Both the position numbers and the translations under genes were made by a program. DNA of 63,829 nt, filler included, from Vannella sp. (taxonomy: Eukaryota), in the NCBI GenBank assembly GCA_023345925.1. It is 6 parts of 6 records of this genome, joined end to end, with 100 filler letters (N's around TTAATTAATTAA, not from the genome) between each part and the next. Parts side by side here need not be neighbours in the genome. Positions count along the whole stretch, not along the records: positions 16,500 to 35,495 come from JAJQQN010001307.1; 5 more parts are not named here. The stretch is one strand, 5' to 3'. The notes under the pieces were generated by a model that was not told where the DNA came from, ran no database searches, and saw only the letters and a list, made by a program, of their open reading frames with translations. Positions within the stretch are counted from its first letter, which is position 1; each line of letters begins with the position of its first letter. Below are positions 22,741-35,595 of this stretch, one piece after another.

Positions 22741-24620
22741 ATGAGCATGGTCTTTGACGAGTATGGGCGCCCTTTTATCATCCTTAAGGAGGGTGGAGAC
22801 CAGGAGCGTATTCAAGGGAAGAAGGCGCGCAAGCAGAACATCTTGGCAGCGCGTTCTATCGCCAATATTATGAAGAGCTCCCTTGGACCAAAGGGTGAGT
22901 GTTCTCTTGTTTCGCGGACTTGGGGAAGCTCTGATTGATGTATGTAGGTATGGATAAGATCCTGGTGAGTTCTGATGGTGAGGTGACCATCACCAACGAT
23001 GGAGCCACCATCTTGAAAGAGATGGACGTCGAGAACCAAGTCGCCAAGCTGATGGTGGACCTCTCGCAATCTCAGGACGATGAGATCGGAGATGGAACTA
23101 CTGGTGTGGTCGTCTTCGCTGGTGCCCTCCTCGGTCAAGCGGAGGCCCTCATCGAGAAGGGTATTCACCCAACACGTATTGCTGATGGCTTCGAGGCAGC
23201 CTGCGCTGTTGCTGTCGACCACTTGGCCTCTTTAGCAGAGACCCTGGAGTTCTCACGCGAAAACACCAGCGCCCTGCACCAGATCGTGCGCTCATGCATT
23301 AGTTCCAAAGTGTAGGTACCCCCTTCCCCCTCCTTCCCTGCAAGCCCCCTCCTGGCTCGTTCTCTCTCCTCTTATTTATCATGTTTGATCCTACTCTGTC
23401 CCCACTCCAACGTGGGAGGGGACCGTTGAGCAGGGAAGGGAACGATTAATCGGATTTTAATCGGTCTCTTGCAGGATCAAGCGATGCGAGGACCTTATGG
23501 CACAGATCGCCGTGGATGCTATCCTATCTGTGGCTGACCTTGAGCGAAAGGATGTGAACTTGAGCCTGATCAAAGTGGAAGGAAAGGCCGGTGGCAAGAT
23601 GGAGGACAGCCAATTGATTCGTGGTATCCTTCTGAATAAGCATATGAGCCACCCCCAGATGCCTAAGACTATCAAGGACGCCAAGATCGTCATCCTGACG
23701 TGTGCGTTCGAACCTCCCAAAGCGAAGACCAAGTACACGCTGGAGATCAACTCCACCGAGCAGTACAAGCAGCTGGACAAGGCTGAGCAGGAATGGTTTA
23801 CTGAGATGGTCCAGAAGGTCAAGGAATCTGGAGCGAACTTGGTCATCTGCCAGTGGGGCTTTGATGACGAGGCAAACCACCTCCTTCTCCAAAACCAGCT
23901 CCCAGCCATCCGCTGGGTAGGTGGCACAGAGATTGAACTCTTGGCTATCGCCACAGGCGCCCGTATCGTCCCTCGCTTTGAGGATATCTCTGCTGACAAG
24001 CTGGGCAAGGCTGGTGTTGTTCGAGAGATCGAGCTTGGCACCACCAAGGACAACATCGTCATTGTCGAGGACTGTCAGAACACAAACGCTGTCACCATCT
24101 TTGTGCGTGGAGGCAACAACATGATCATCGAAGAGATCAAGCGAAGCATTCACGATGCCCTCTGCGTTGTCCGCAACCTCGTCCGCGATAACCGAATCAT
24201 CTACGGAGGTGGTGCAGCAGAGATTGCGTGCTCTCACAAGGTTGCTGAGGAGGCTGATAAGGTAAGCCTCTCTGACGCTTCCAGGGGACAACAGGCACTC
24301 ATTCTCCCTCTCAGGTGTCCAATCTGGAGCAATACGTCATGCGTGGATTCGCTGATGCCTTGGAGGAGATCCCTTTGGCACTGGCCTTCAACTGTGGTAT
24401 GCCCGGTATCGAGACCTTGGCCGAGGCCAAGGCTCAGCAAATCAAGCAAACCAACCCCTGGATCGGTGTGGAGTGCAACAGCTGCACCGTCACCGACATG
24501 AAAGAGAAGAACGTCTTCGAAACGCTCGTTGGCAAGCAGCAACAGCTCCTCCTTGCCACGCAGGTGGTCAAGATGATCCTCAAGATCGACGACGTCATCA
24601 AGCAAGGCACTGCCGGATAA
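22741..24620 (+). CDS. CCT5: T-complex protein 1 subunit epsilon (CCT5), 4 exons
   Basis: [73 protein letters not shown]. Confidence 0.97.
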
Positions 24621-24692
24621 CCGTTTCCTTCTAAACTCCTTTGAAAGTGCCAAATCTTGATTTCTAAGGATGAAAGATTCATTCTTAGGTTG

Positions 24693-25232
24693 ATGCTTAG
24701 GTTAGGCCGCTCTCTTGCACGCACGGCTTCGCCTGCGCTTTCCTTTCCCTTGGGAGTAGTGGCCCCACAGATCGTGTACAAGTCGTTTGGAAGCAATGTG
24801 GATCGCTTGGCGGGCTTTTGGGCGGAGGAAGAGTCCTCAGGGACTTATTTTATCATCGTGGACAAGATCCCCAACCTCCCTGTGTCTCCTTTCACCAATA
24901 ATGATGTTGAAGAAGAGTACTCTAAGATCCTTAACGCCATTCAGGACCGAAACAACCTTCGTACGTCAGACATGATTTAAGGAACTTCTCCCCTCACTCC
25001 TTCCCCAGATCACATCCTCTACAACCAGCAAATGGTTCATGAGAAGGAGGGAGTAATGGAAGACCCACTTACGGAGACAGAAGACTCAATTGATTGCATC
25101 AAGCGCACTTACCAGCCCAGCAGCATCAAGAGGCGAAGAACGCACGGCTTCCTCAAGCGTAACTCCACCAAGTCGGGCCAAAACGTTCTCAATCGCAGGC
25201 GAGCAAAGGGCCGAAAGTATCTGACCGTCTAA
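24693..25232 (+). CDS. MRPL34: Mitochondrial ribosomal protein bL34m precursor (2 exons)
   Basis: Presequence-like [13 protein letters not shown]. Intron 24961-25008. C-terminal [43 protein letters not shown]. Confidence 0.92.
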
Positions 25233-25436
25233 GAAGCTGTTCACCATCTCCTCCGCCTTCCAGATAGGTTTCCTTCATAAGGATGTGTTGGTTCCTTGGG
25301 GTTTGGCCCAGGACACCCCTGAATACCTAATGCGTCTGTTTGTTTGACTTTGGAAGGTCAGAGAAGGCGGTTGGTCCTTGGTGAAGAAGATAGGGGAGAG
25401 TTTATGTGCGGGGTTCGCCATAGGTGTTGGAGCGGC

Positions 25437-26349
25437 TTAGTTGCCCTTGCGCTCGACGAAACCGAAAAGGAGACCACGAATCTCGGGAAGGAGTCCCTCA
25501 GAGGCAAGAGCCAATCGCTGCTCGAAAGTGTTGTTACAAAGGATTCGTCCTCCCATGGCGGAAAGAACAACTCCACCAGAGCTGCACGTTGGAATAAGCA
25601 AGGGCAACTGAAGGCAAAGGAGGTGACCTACCAGGAGGGTGCCTTGCTTCCAGCCTTGGCAGAGGGCGCCAGTCTGTGCTTCTTCTCCACTGATAACTTA
25701 GCATTGATACCAGTCTTCTCCTTGAACTTCTCCAGAACAGCGGGGATGGCGGATTCAACAAGATCGTCATCCTCAGCACGGCAGATAACGACAACCTCAG
25801 CCTCTCTCAGCTTGATCAGAGCCTACAAGATCCACCAAAAAATGAGAAAAAGAAACATAGATAGTGGTTGCCGAACAAGCCTCCTGCTTCCTGCTGCAGA
25901 AGCTCAATCAGGGGAAACAAACCTACCTGAAGAATCAGGCCCTCGAGAAGTGCCTTGTACTGTCCACGGTTGGCAGACAGCTCGTTCAATCGGCTCTGGG
26001 TTTCCACCATGATGTTACCAATGGCAGATTCACGAGCCTTAAGAGAACCCAGGCGGCACTGGTTCAGTTGGTTGGAGTGGGCGCTGCGAGGGGTTTCCTG
26101 TTAGAACAAAGAGGAAGAGAAGATCTTCTCGTGAACCTACATCTTCTTCTCAACCTCAACAAGCTTCATCTTTTGAGCAAACTCCTCGTTGATGCGCTTC
26201 TTCTCCTCTTGGACGATGCTCGTCTTCTCGATGTTGAACTCTTCTTCAGCACGGACGTTAATCTCCTTTGCCTTCTCCTCAGCCTCCGCCAAGATAAAGC
26301 TGATCATGTTCTTCAACTGTCTCTCGACCTCATCACCAGACTTAGCCAT
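25437..26349 (-). CDS. ATP6V1E: V-type ATPase subunit E, multi-exon
   Basis: QLKNMISFILAEAEEKAKEI..AEEEFNIEK, YKALLEGLILQ, and C-terminus ERLALASEGLLPEIRGLLFG..KGN*. Confidence 0.95.
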
Positions 26350-26449
26350 GGCCGCTGCTTCAAGTGGGAGTGTTTCTTCCAAACTTTTCCCCTTCCTCCG
26401 AACCTTCCAAGGAGAATTCGGTTGGTTGGTCAAATAAACAAGAGGAACT

Positions 26450-27759
26450 TTATTTGGCAATGATTGCTGTGTAAGTTATTGGAGTTGTGAAGGTCAATTC
26501 AGGAGCCTTTTGAGCCAACGAAACTAAACTCGGGGGTTCTATGTTCATCATGGATGAGAAGTTAGTGATGTACGTCTCGTTGGTAATGGAGATGTCTGGT
26601 GCATGACTGAAGTCGGAAGGGCGCGGGTGAAGGTGGTTGAGGAAGACTTGGGGCACCAGATTGCCCTGCTCGTGGCTTGCGGACGAGTGGTGTTCTGGAC
26701 TATTGATGTAAGATCCAGGGCTATGGTCATACGCAGCGTAGCTGTGCCTAATCCACAGTTAGTCACACTGAGAGCGGTTGGAGATTGAGAGGGCACTGAC
26801 GGGGTGTCACGTTGAGTGCTCGAAGCTCCATTGAAGTTGAGTTTCCCCCACGATACTCGAATCCGATTGCGACCAATGGGGGTCCCGTGAGTCTCAAAGG
26901 CAGCGCGAGCGCTCTCCTTGGTGGTGAAGGATAGGAAGGCGTAAGGTTTACCAGTGGGCAGCTTGATGTAAGTAAGCTCACCAAAGCGCTGGAAGTGAGC
27001 CCGAACTTCATCTTCCGTTGTGTTGACATCCAACCCACCAACGAACAGGCAAGTATTGTTGGGATCATTCTCCGCGCTGCCCTCGTCCATAGTCACAGGC
27101 CCCTCTTCAGTCTTCTTCTGGTTCGCAAAGTTCATGCGAAGGGGCCTTAAGAGGTTGTAAGGGCAAGCTCCTGTCCTGTTCAGAGAGGGAACGTACTTTT
27201 TGCCAAGGTATTGGCCTTGCATCTCCTGTAAGGCGCGGTTGCAATCGTCTTCAGAACGGAACCTAACAAAGCCGTACTTCTTCGAGAGCCCCGTGTTGGG
27301 ATCTGTGACGACCTTCACGCTTCGAAGGCTCGCGTAGCGGCTGGCGAAGGTCGTATGAAGTTGCATTTCAGTCACCTCGGGGTCTAAGTCACCGCAAAAG
27401 AGGCTATACTCTGGCCCACTGTCTTCTCTGCGTTCGTTGATGCCGTAGTTTGCCCAGTTTAGACGGTAGCGCTTTCCTGGTGGTGGATGAGCGGAAGATC
27501 AGGAAAGGGATGAGCTATGAGCCCTACCTGGGAAGAAAGAAATGGGTTGTCCGTTGTGGGTATCAATCACACGCTTGGCAACGTCAGGAGAGGTGAACTC
27601 GGCAAATCCTGAGTTGATGCTCTCATTGGTGGTCTTATCTCGAAGGATCTTCACTTGAGTGCAATGCCCTGTGTGCTGGAACATTGTATACAGATGGGAC
27701 TCATCCATCCACTTCTCTAACTCCCCGACCCAAAGAGTCCTCTGTCCGCCCCAGTCCAT
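26450..27759 (-). CDS. Triple-RRM RNA-binding protein (Nam8/RBP45-47/TRNAU1AP family), multi-exon
   Basis: RTLWVGELEKWMDE, RLNWA...EYSLFCGDL, TGLSKKYGFVRF, DPNNTCLFVGGLD, RIRVSWGK. Confidence 0.92.
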
Positions 27760-27909
27760 CTCAAAATGGGTGCAGAAACTAGAAACGAGCCCGATCGGGG
27801 GAAAATGATCAGAATTTATTTATTTTAAAAAAGTCTCTCCAACTTTTTGGTTTTCTTGAAATGTCTTTTTTTGGGTGGAATGGCCGGAGAAGGCAGTTAC
27901 AGTTCCGCC

Positions 27910-30900
27910 ATGCCCAACTCGCTGCTTTGTTCGAGCAAGGGTAACCTGCTTCTCATTCTCTTCTGTGTTGTCTCCCAGACTGTTCAGTTGGTTGGGGTGA
28001 GAGAGCGTGCTTCTTTGGTGGCTCTTTACAACAGCACCAATGGCGCCTCTTGGACGAACAGTACTTCTTGGACAGTGGGAGACCCCTGTGGGAATGGATG
28101 GTTTGGTATCCAGTGTAGTGGTGCTCTTGTCCAGAAGTTGTGGCTCCGTTCGAATAACCTCACGGGCTCCTTACCAGACCTTGAACTTCCGGACCTCGTC
28201 CAATTGTTAGTACTCACTGGATGCTTCTTTGTGTGTTGAACGTGTACTCAATCGGTGATCAGGGACCTTTCACTCAATCAACTCATCGGGACACTGCCCG
28301 ATTGGCCTTCCCTTTTCAACGTACAGACCATGTAAGGGTGACTTGAGGCTCTTCTGAGAGTCCTTATAACATCATATGCAAGGAACTTAGCTAATAACCA
28401 GCTTTCTGGTACTCTGATCCATTGGAGCAACTTGACATCGCTCAATGAAATGTATGAACTGTCCGCTTCCATTGGTTGGTCATTAATCAGCCCTATCTAA
28501 GCGTTCTGAGTTCTAATCAATTGAGTGGTACCCTTCCAAGCTGGCCGAATAGAACATCTTTGGTTAAATTGTAAGTTTCGCTCTCAAATGTAGTGAAACT
28601 CACAATCCGTTTCAGTTATGCGGAACACAATTCTCTGAACGGAACCTTGCCTGATTATACCTTCCCAAACATTCAGTTTTTGTGAGTGCAGTGTTTTCCT
28701 TCACTTGTTGGCATTGAGCTCATGATGACTGCTGCAAAGGATTCTTAACAACAACAACATATCAGGGAAGCTTCCGGATTGGTCTTTGCCGAGTCTCACA
28801 AACATGTACGATTGCGCCATGTAGATTGGTTCTTAATTAATGGAAGAGAATTAGGGATTTGGATTACAACAAATTGGTCGGCACCCTTCCAAACTGGAGG
28901 AACTTATCTGGCCTTATTGTGATGTTGGTACCTTACCCGGATCACTTTCTGCAAAACTAACGAAAAAAAGGAGCCTAAATGACAACGAACTGAACGGGAC
29001 ACTTCCTGAGTGGACCAACTTGAACTTTACCCAGATTGGATACATGTGAGACAAATCCAGGCTAGCAATGATTCCTACTCAGCTGTAATCCCACTCCCTA
29101 GATATATCCGCAATAATCAACTTACGGGAACTATTCCTGAATGGCCAACTCTTTCATTTCTTTCCGGCGTGTATGTTCTCCGTTCTTCTTGGTTGAGAAG
29201 TGTCATTAATATCTCAACCAGGAACTTTGATAATAATTCCCTCTCTGGCTCTCTGCCTTTGTGGGCCAATCTCCCAATCAGTTATGCGTGAGTTACCTCT
29301 TTGACTTGCAATTGAATTGCATTAATGGAAACCAGCTCTTTCGAGTTTAATCAACTTTGTGGGATTCCTCCTCCCCCACTTGTGGCTAATTCAGTATTTT
29401 ATGTGATTGGTCAAGTGTTCAATTGCACAGTGCTTCCTCCCCAATACATCGGTGATGCCACAGCATGCGATCCAAACCAATCGGAATGCCCTTATCCGTC
29501 GCCATCATTTAGTTCGTCAACCAGCAGTACTGCAAGCGAGACTCCATCCATGACTCCTTCCTCTTCCCAAACAGCATCTCCTACTCCTACTTATTCTGTG
29601 AGCTCGACTGAATCAGCCTCATTATCTTCAAGTGAAACACCAACGACAAGCCCTTCTGCCACAGACTCCTGTAGTCTATCTCGTTCCTCTAGTGAATCTC
29701 AATCCCCCACTGCTTCTGAGTCGCCAAGTTCATCACGCAGTGTATCTCAATCACGCACAGTTACTGAGTCTTCCACTTCTTCTGAGGCTCCAAGCTCACC
29801 ACTGAGTTCGTATGATCCACTCAGTACTTCTTATTCATCCAGTATATCTGAGTCACCAAGCTCAACGCTGAGTGGGTCTCAATCAAGCACTGTCACAGCG
29901 TCTTTCAGCGTCTCTGAGACATCAAGTTCATCACTCAGTCAATCTCAGTTAGTTAGTATTACTAGTTCTAGTTCACCGAGCATTACTGAGTCGCCAAGCT
30001 CATCACTGAGTGAATCTCAATCACTTCGCTCTTCTGAGTCATTGAGGTTCTCTGAGTCTCCCAGCTCCTCATTCAGTGAATCTCACACTGCCACTGAGTC
30101 ACCAAGTTCATCGCTTAGTGGATCATACAGTGCCAAGTCAGCTGGCCCATCACAAAGTGAATCACTTAGTGCAACTGAGTTGCCCAGCGCATCTGAGTTA
30201 CGAAGCTCATCGCGCAGTGAATCTCAGTCACAAAGTGCATCTAATTCATTGAGCTCATCGCCAAGCAACACTCAATTACCCAGCGCAACCAAGACATCCA
30301 GTGTATCTGAATCATCCAGCTCATCACCCGGTACATCTGAGTCACCAAGCCTATCACTAAGTGAATCTAGGACACTCCAAGTATCAGATTCCCCAAGTCA
30401 ATCTCAATCATCAAGCGAATTCCCGTCAGCTAACTTCTCCATAAGTGCCACTCAAAGCAGTGCCCCCAGCGAATCAGTGTCCCCTCAAAATTCTGATTTA
30501 ATCGAACCCGCTTCTCCATCTATTACAACTCAGCCTCCCAGTAGGTCTCCGACCGAATCCAAAACGCACCCAGTGTCTTTCCAGTTCTCTGATAGTGGAA
30601 CCCCGAGCGTTCTCGCTAGTAAATCACAAATGCTAACGCCAAGTATTCAGGTGACTTCGGAGAGAGATCGAGGCCAAGATCAATACGTCAGAGGTTCAAC
30701 AGTGATTGAATTGCCCGTCTCTCCTGAGACCTCAACTTTGGTGAAGGACTCACAACCTGAAGTAGTTCTGTTTGACACAGGCTCTCTCATTCTTCCACCA
30801 GCGTTCTCTCCTGGAGGGACACTCACGATTGCATACGTAGAGTCTCTCAATGGCTCTTCTCTTGAGCCCGGAGTTGGAGCACTGATTGTGGACATCAGCC

Positions 30901-31451
30901 TCACATCCTCAAATGGCCAACTGATTACCAAGTTTGATAATGGCTTGGAGCTCTGCATAGCTGAGCCCCTAAACAGCAAAGCCCGTAAAAGCAAGAAGGA
31001 CATATGTTTGGGCTACTTTAGCATCCCAACTGGCAAGTGGCGTTGTGAAGATTCCTGTCCAAAGATGAAGAAAAACACTATTTGTGGGAAAACGGGTCAG
31101 TGTGCTCGACGACAGCGAGTCCCAGATGAGTATTAACGCACCCATCACTCTTTAGATCATTTCACATCGTTTGCCATCTTGTTTGGGAGCTCCACTGATT
31201 CAGCAACTTGCGAGAACGGGAAAGATTACACCATTACGTGGGTCTCGTTGGCTCTTGGAGGAACTGCTCTTTTGGTTTGCATAGCTGCCAGTTGCCTGGT
31301 AGAGTTGAGTATTCAGAGAAGAACCTATCGACGAAGGTCTGTCCTCCGCTCCATCGCCTTCCTCTTGAAGGAAGAGGCCGAAGCCGATTTCTCTTTTTCT
31401 CTTAGTTCTTGCGACTCCCCTGGCGAAGAAGAAGGGGCCATACACACTTAG
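27910..31451 (+). CDS. Cell-surface receptor copy 1: signal peptide, LRRNT, LRRs (9 single-repeat exons), Ser-rich stalk, GAIN/GPS, single TM (start may be 27880)
   Basis: ERASLVALYNSTNGASW...DPC...WFGIQC cap. LxxNxLxGxLPxW repeats, each on a 66-72-nt exon flanked by phase-2 introns. After intron 31096-31155: CLGYF...KWRCED..C...ICGKT|DHFTSFAIL. TM WVSLALGGTALLVCIAASCLV followed by RRTYRRR. Confidence 0.9.
29500..30480 (+). repeat. Degenerate coding repeats of the Ser/Thr mucin-like stalk (SESPSSSxSESQS-like)
   Basis: Recurrent TCTGAGTCACCAAG / AGTGAATCTCAATCA blocks. Confidence 0.75.
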
Positions 31452-31591
31452 ACCACCCCGGGGACAAGAGATCCTCTTCTTGATGACACGTATCACTCCA
31501 CATTATCAGGGCCGCTACCTTAAGCTACATCAGGGCCTTCTCACGGGCGGAACAAGGTGTACAGCTGTAAAGGCACTTACTCCAGAGCTAG

Positions 31592-31617
31592 TCTCTCTCT
31601 CTCTCTCTCTCTCTCTC
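31592..31617. repeat. (TC)n microsatellite
   Basis: About 13 TC units in the intergenic region. Confidence 0.9.
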
Positions 31618-32113
31618 CTCAAGTTAAGTCGCTCCGGGGCGTGCCGGCTTCAAGGAAGGGCTTATGCAAGCCGTTCATGAATGTTGGGAGCTCTCCAGGG
31701 GAAGGCATTCGCGTGAGAATATGATACGGGAGTCCACAGAGCACCATAACGCGGGTTCGATTCCATTCGATACGGAGTTAGCTAAGGAAGGAGGGAAGGA
31801 AGGGAGGGAGCGTTGGAGATGTGCAACGTCTCCCTGCAAAGCAGAATCACAAAAAGCCTCTCTTCCATCGTCTCCCAAGGAACCGCGAGAGAAGCTACGG
31901 CTCTCAACGAAGAGGAACCTTTCTAGGAGCGTTTTGCCTGTCACGTTCTCTGACACGCTTGAAGATGAGAGCCCGATTCTACTTATAATTTGTCAACTTA
32001 CAAGCAGTGCTCCATATCAAACAGGTTGCGTTGGTGAGGGTGAATGGTAACGAAAACGCGATTGGCTGAAACTGACCAATCAACTGCGAGACTTCATTCA
32101 TTCCACTCCAGCC

Positions 32114-35100
32114 ATGTCCGGATGGCTGCTGGGTCCTCGAAGAATCGGTCTTTTGCTACTCATTCTCTTCAGTGTTGTCCATAAGTCGGTCGGACAGCCT
32201 CCTCCCGAGCAGGTTGAGTCTTTGATCGCGTTTTTCGACAGCACCAATGGTGCTTCGTGGGAGAACAAAGCTTCGTGGACGGTGGGAAACCCTTGTTTGA
32301 ATAGCTGGTATGGAGTACATTGTGACACCTTGAGTGAGAAGATCGAAACCTTGCTACTCTCTGGGAACAACCTCACAGGCTCCTTGCCACCTGATCTTGC
32401 ACTTCCGGACCTCGTTGAATTGTGGGTTGTTTTGGCTCATCTTACTGCTGGCAGTCAACTCACACCAGGTGTTCATCGCAGGAACCTTTCTTTCAACAAA
32501 CTAGAGGGAACACTACCGGATTGGCCTGGCCTTTACAACGTGGAGAGAATGTAAGGGTGGCAGGGCCTTTTTGAGAGTCTCTGTAACATCTCCTGCAAGC
32601 TTCATATCCGAAAGCAATCTTTCCGGTACTCTGAGCTCTTGGAGGAACCTGACAGCACTCCAGCAAATGTACGAATCGTCTTCTTCTGTTCTATCACGTT
32701 GGTTCTCATTCCTCTCTCTGGTAGTGTCTTGCGACAGAATTATTTTGTGGGTGACATTCCAGAATGGAATAGGTCATCGTTATTCTTCATGTGAGGCCAC
32801 TCGAGCTTGTTCATCTTTGTATTCACTCCATCCTTGTGCTTGTTCAGAGATTTGTCGTTCAACTTGCTCAACGGAACCCTGCCTGAATGGAGGGAGCTCT
32901 TTGCGCTTGAGACTATGTAGGTCTAAGGAGGGTTCACGTGTGTTGAAGACGTTCTCACGAATTGATCAAAGCGACATTGAGTCCAACAGACTTACTGGCA
33001 GCTTACCGACTTGGCAAAACTTCACTCACTTAAAATCCATGTAAGATGGAGTCGGGAGGCCGATTCCTTGATTGCTCATTGGCTTTTTTAGTAAGCTGTC
33101 CGGCAACCAATTAATCCATTTTCTCCCTGAATGGGAAAATGTTCCTTTGGAAGTTGTGTAGGTGAAATCTCGTTTTGATTAATGATTAACTAACCCATTA
33201 TCATGTACATTTAAGTGATGTGAGCAAGAATCAATTGACTGGTACTCTTCCAAGTTGGCTCAACAAAACAAATCTGAAGTATCTGTACGTTTCCTTTCCC
33301 ACAAACATGGTATGTTACTTACTAAAGCCACCACAGTTATGCTCAAGACAATCAATTGAATGGAACCTTGCCGGATTACGCGTTCCAAAATATTCAGTTT
33401 TTGTGAGATCATCTTCTCGTCAACTCTTGAGATTTTCTCATGCTAACCTCTGCAATAGGATCCTCAGCAACAACAGCATATCAGGAACGCTTCCTGATTG
33501 GTCATCGATGTCAGCTCTGACAAACTTGTAAGCTTGATTTCCCCTTTTTGGAGGAAGAACCGCTCAAAAAGGGTCAGGGAATTGGGTTACAATTATTTGT
33601 CTGGAACTCTCCCAATCTGGAACCAACCATCAGGCCTTATTGTGTTGTTAGTGCACTCAAAGGGCACTTGGTACCAAACTGACGAAAATCAAGGAACCTT
33701 GAGAGCAACCAACTGAACGGGACACTTCCTGAGTGGTTCAACTTGTTCCCAAAAATTGAATATTTGTAAGAATTGCACGCGGTGTTTCGATTGCCACTCA
33801 GCTTCGATTCCCAGATTTTTAAGTAGTAATCAACTTACTGGAACAATTCCTGAATGGACAACTCTAACATCACTCACTACCGTGTATGTTCTTCATTCTG
33901 GGGGTTCAGAGTATTCACTATCTCAATTTTCACAGGAACTTGGATTTGAATCATCTTTATGGCTCCCTCCCTTTGTGGGCCAATCTCCCAATAGTATCAG
34001 CGTGAGTCTTTGTGCGTTTGAAATAGGTTAATATTAATGCCAAAAAGCTCTTTGGAATATAATCAACTCTGTGGAATTCTTCCAACACCCGCACTGAATA
34101 CCTCATTGTTCACTGTTCAAGGCCAAGTTTTCAATTGCACTGAGCTGCCCAGCCAGTATAGGGGTGACCCTTCCCCGTGCGATCCAAATCAAGCCGAATG
34201 CCCTTATCCCTCATCATCATTCACTTCAACAGTCAGCTGTACCACGAGTGAGACCCCTTCAACATCACCGTCCCAAACACTTTCTCCAACCTCCACTGGG
34301 AGCTCAACAGAAACGACTGAACCTTCAACGACCAATTCCTTCAGCCCCTCTGGTTCTTCAAGTGATTCCCAATCACCAAGTGGATCACTGAGTATTTCTA
34401 AGTCACCCAGCCCCTCACTCACTGCCTCTGGTTCACCAAGCTTATCACCCAATCCCTCACTGAATCCATCAGAGTCCCCAAGATCATCAAGCAGTGAGTC
34501 TCAATCACCTAGTCTATCTGACTCGCCCAGCCTATCATCCAGCGATTCTCAATCACAAAGTGTATTGGAGTCACCAAGCCCTTTACCCATCGATTCTCGG
34601 TCGCCAAGTGAATCTGAGTCACCAAGCACTTTACCCAGCGATTCTCAGTCACGAAGTGAATCTGAGTCACCAAGATCAACTGCCCAATCGCTGAGCGTTT
34701 CTCAGACACAAAGCTTATCGCCCAGTGAAACTCGATCAGAGCTCCAATCACCAAGTGCATCTCCTCCCCAAAGTGCGTCTGACCAATCAAGTTTCGTTTC
34801 TTCTCCTTCCAATGTAGCTTCGAGCCAAACTCAGACAGTTTCATCAACCTTTCCCCCGAGACCCACTGGGCTTATTTCCCTTACAGCCAGTCAAAGCAGT
34901 GCCTCGAACAAGTCAATCTCCCTCCAAATTTCTGACCTTCCCACACAATCTGCGTCCTTGACCCTCAAGTCTTTGAGAAGATCTCCCATCCAATCGCAAT
35001 CAGCATCATCCCAATCTTCTGACAGCAACACCCCAACTACATTGAGAAGTGAACAGCCAACTGTAACACCAAGCATTCAGGTGACTTCGGAGAGAGATCA

Positions 35101-35495
35101 ATGCCAAGAGCAATGCGAGAGGGGTTCATCGTCAATTGAGTTATTCTCTTCCTCTGAGACGCCACCGAACGGCACACAATCGGAAGTAGTCCTATTTGGC
35201 GCGGGGTCAATCATTCTTCCCACTTCTTTGTCACCTGGAGGGACACTCACGGTTGCTTATGTGCAATCTCTCAATGGTTCTTCTCTTGAGCCTGGTGTTG
35301 GAGCATTGATCGTGGATTTCACGCTCACAGACTTGAATGGCCAGCCAGTCACCAAATTTGAAGACAAGTTGGAACTCTGCTTAGCTGAGCCCCTAAACAG
35401 CAAAGCCCGCAAGAGCAAGAAGGGCATGTGTTTGGGCTTCTTTAACATTCCAACTGGAAAGTGGCGTTGTGAAGATCCTTGTCCAAAGATGAAGA
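32114..35495 (+). CDS. Cell-surface receptor copy 2 (tandem paralog, 13 single-LRR exons), truncated at contig end within the GPS region
   Basis: Same architecture and intron phases as copy 1. Near-identical segments (SLNGSSLEPGVGALIVD, LNSKARKSKK, PTGKWRCED). Confidence 0.9.
34568..34674 (+). repeat. 48-bp in-frame tandem repeat (about 2.2 copies) in the stalk of copy 2
   Basis: ESPSPLPIDSRSPSES / ESPSTLPSDSQSRSES / ESP. Confidence 0.8.
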
Positions 35496-35595
35496 NNNNN
35501 NNNNNNNNNNNNNNNNNNNNNNNNNNNNNNNNNNNNNNNTTAATTAATTAANNNNNNNNNNNNNNNNNNNNNNNNNNNNNNNNNNNNNNNNNNNN
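35496..35595. other. Artificial contig linker
   Basis: N44-TTAATTAATTAA-N44. Confidence 0.98.

Noticed and set aside
23457..24653. Long antisense ORFs opposite CCT5 (also opposite cpRas, the RhoGAP gene, ADA2 and the elongase)
   Set aside because: Shadow ORFs caused by codon bias of conserved sense-strand genes; they carry no independent motifs.
31664..32050. 128-aa ORF between the two LRR receptor genes
   Set aside because: No recognisable motif, and competing ORFs on both strands; treated as intergenic.
28263..34001. Regular ~120-bp periodicity resembling a CRISPR-like repeat/spacer array
   Set aside because: The units are LRR-coding exons alternating with GT-AG introns. There is no identical direct repeat and no cas gene.
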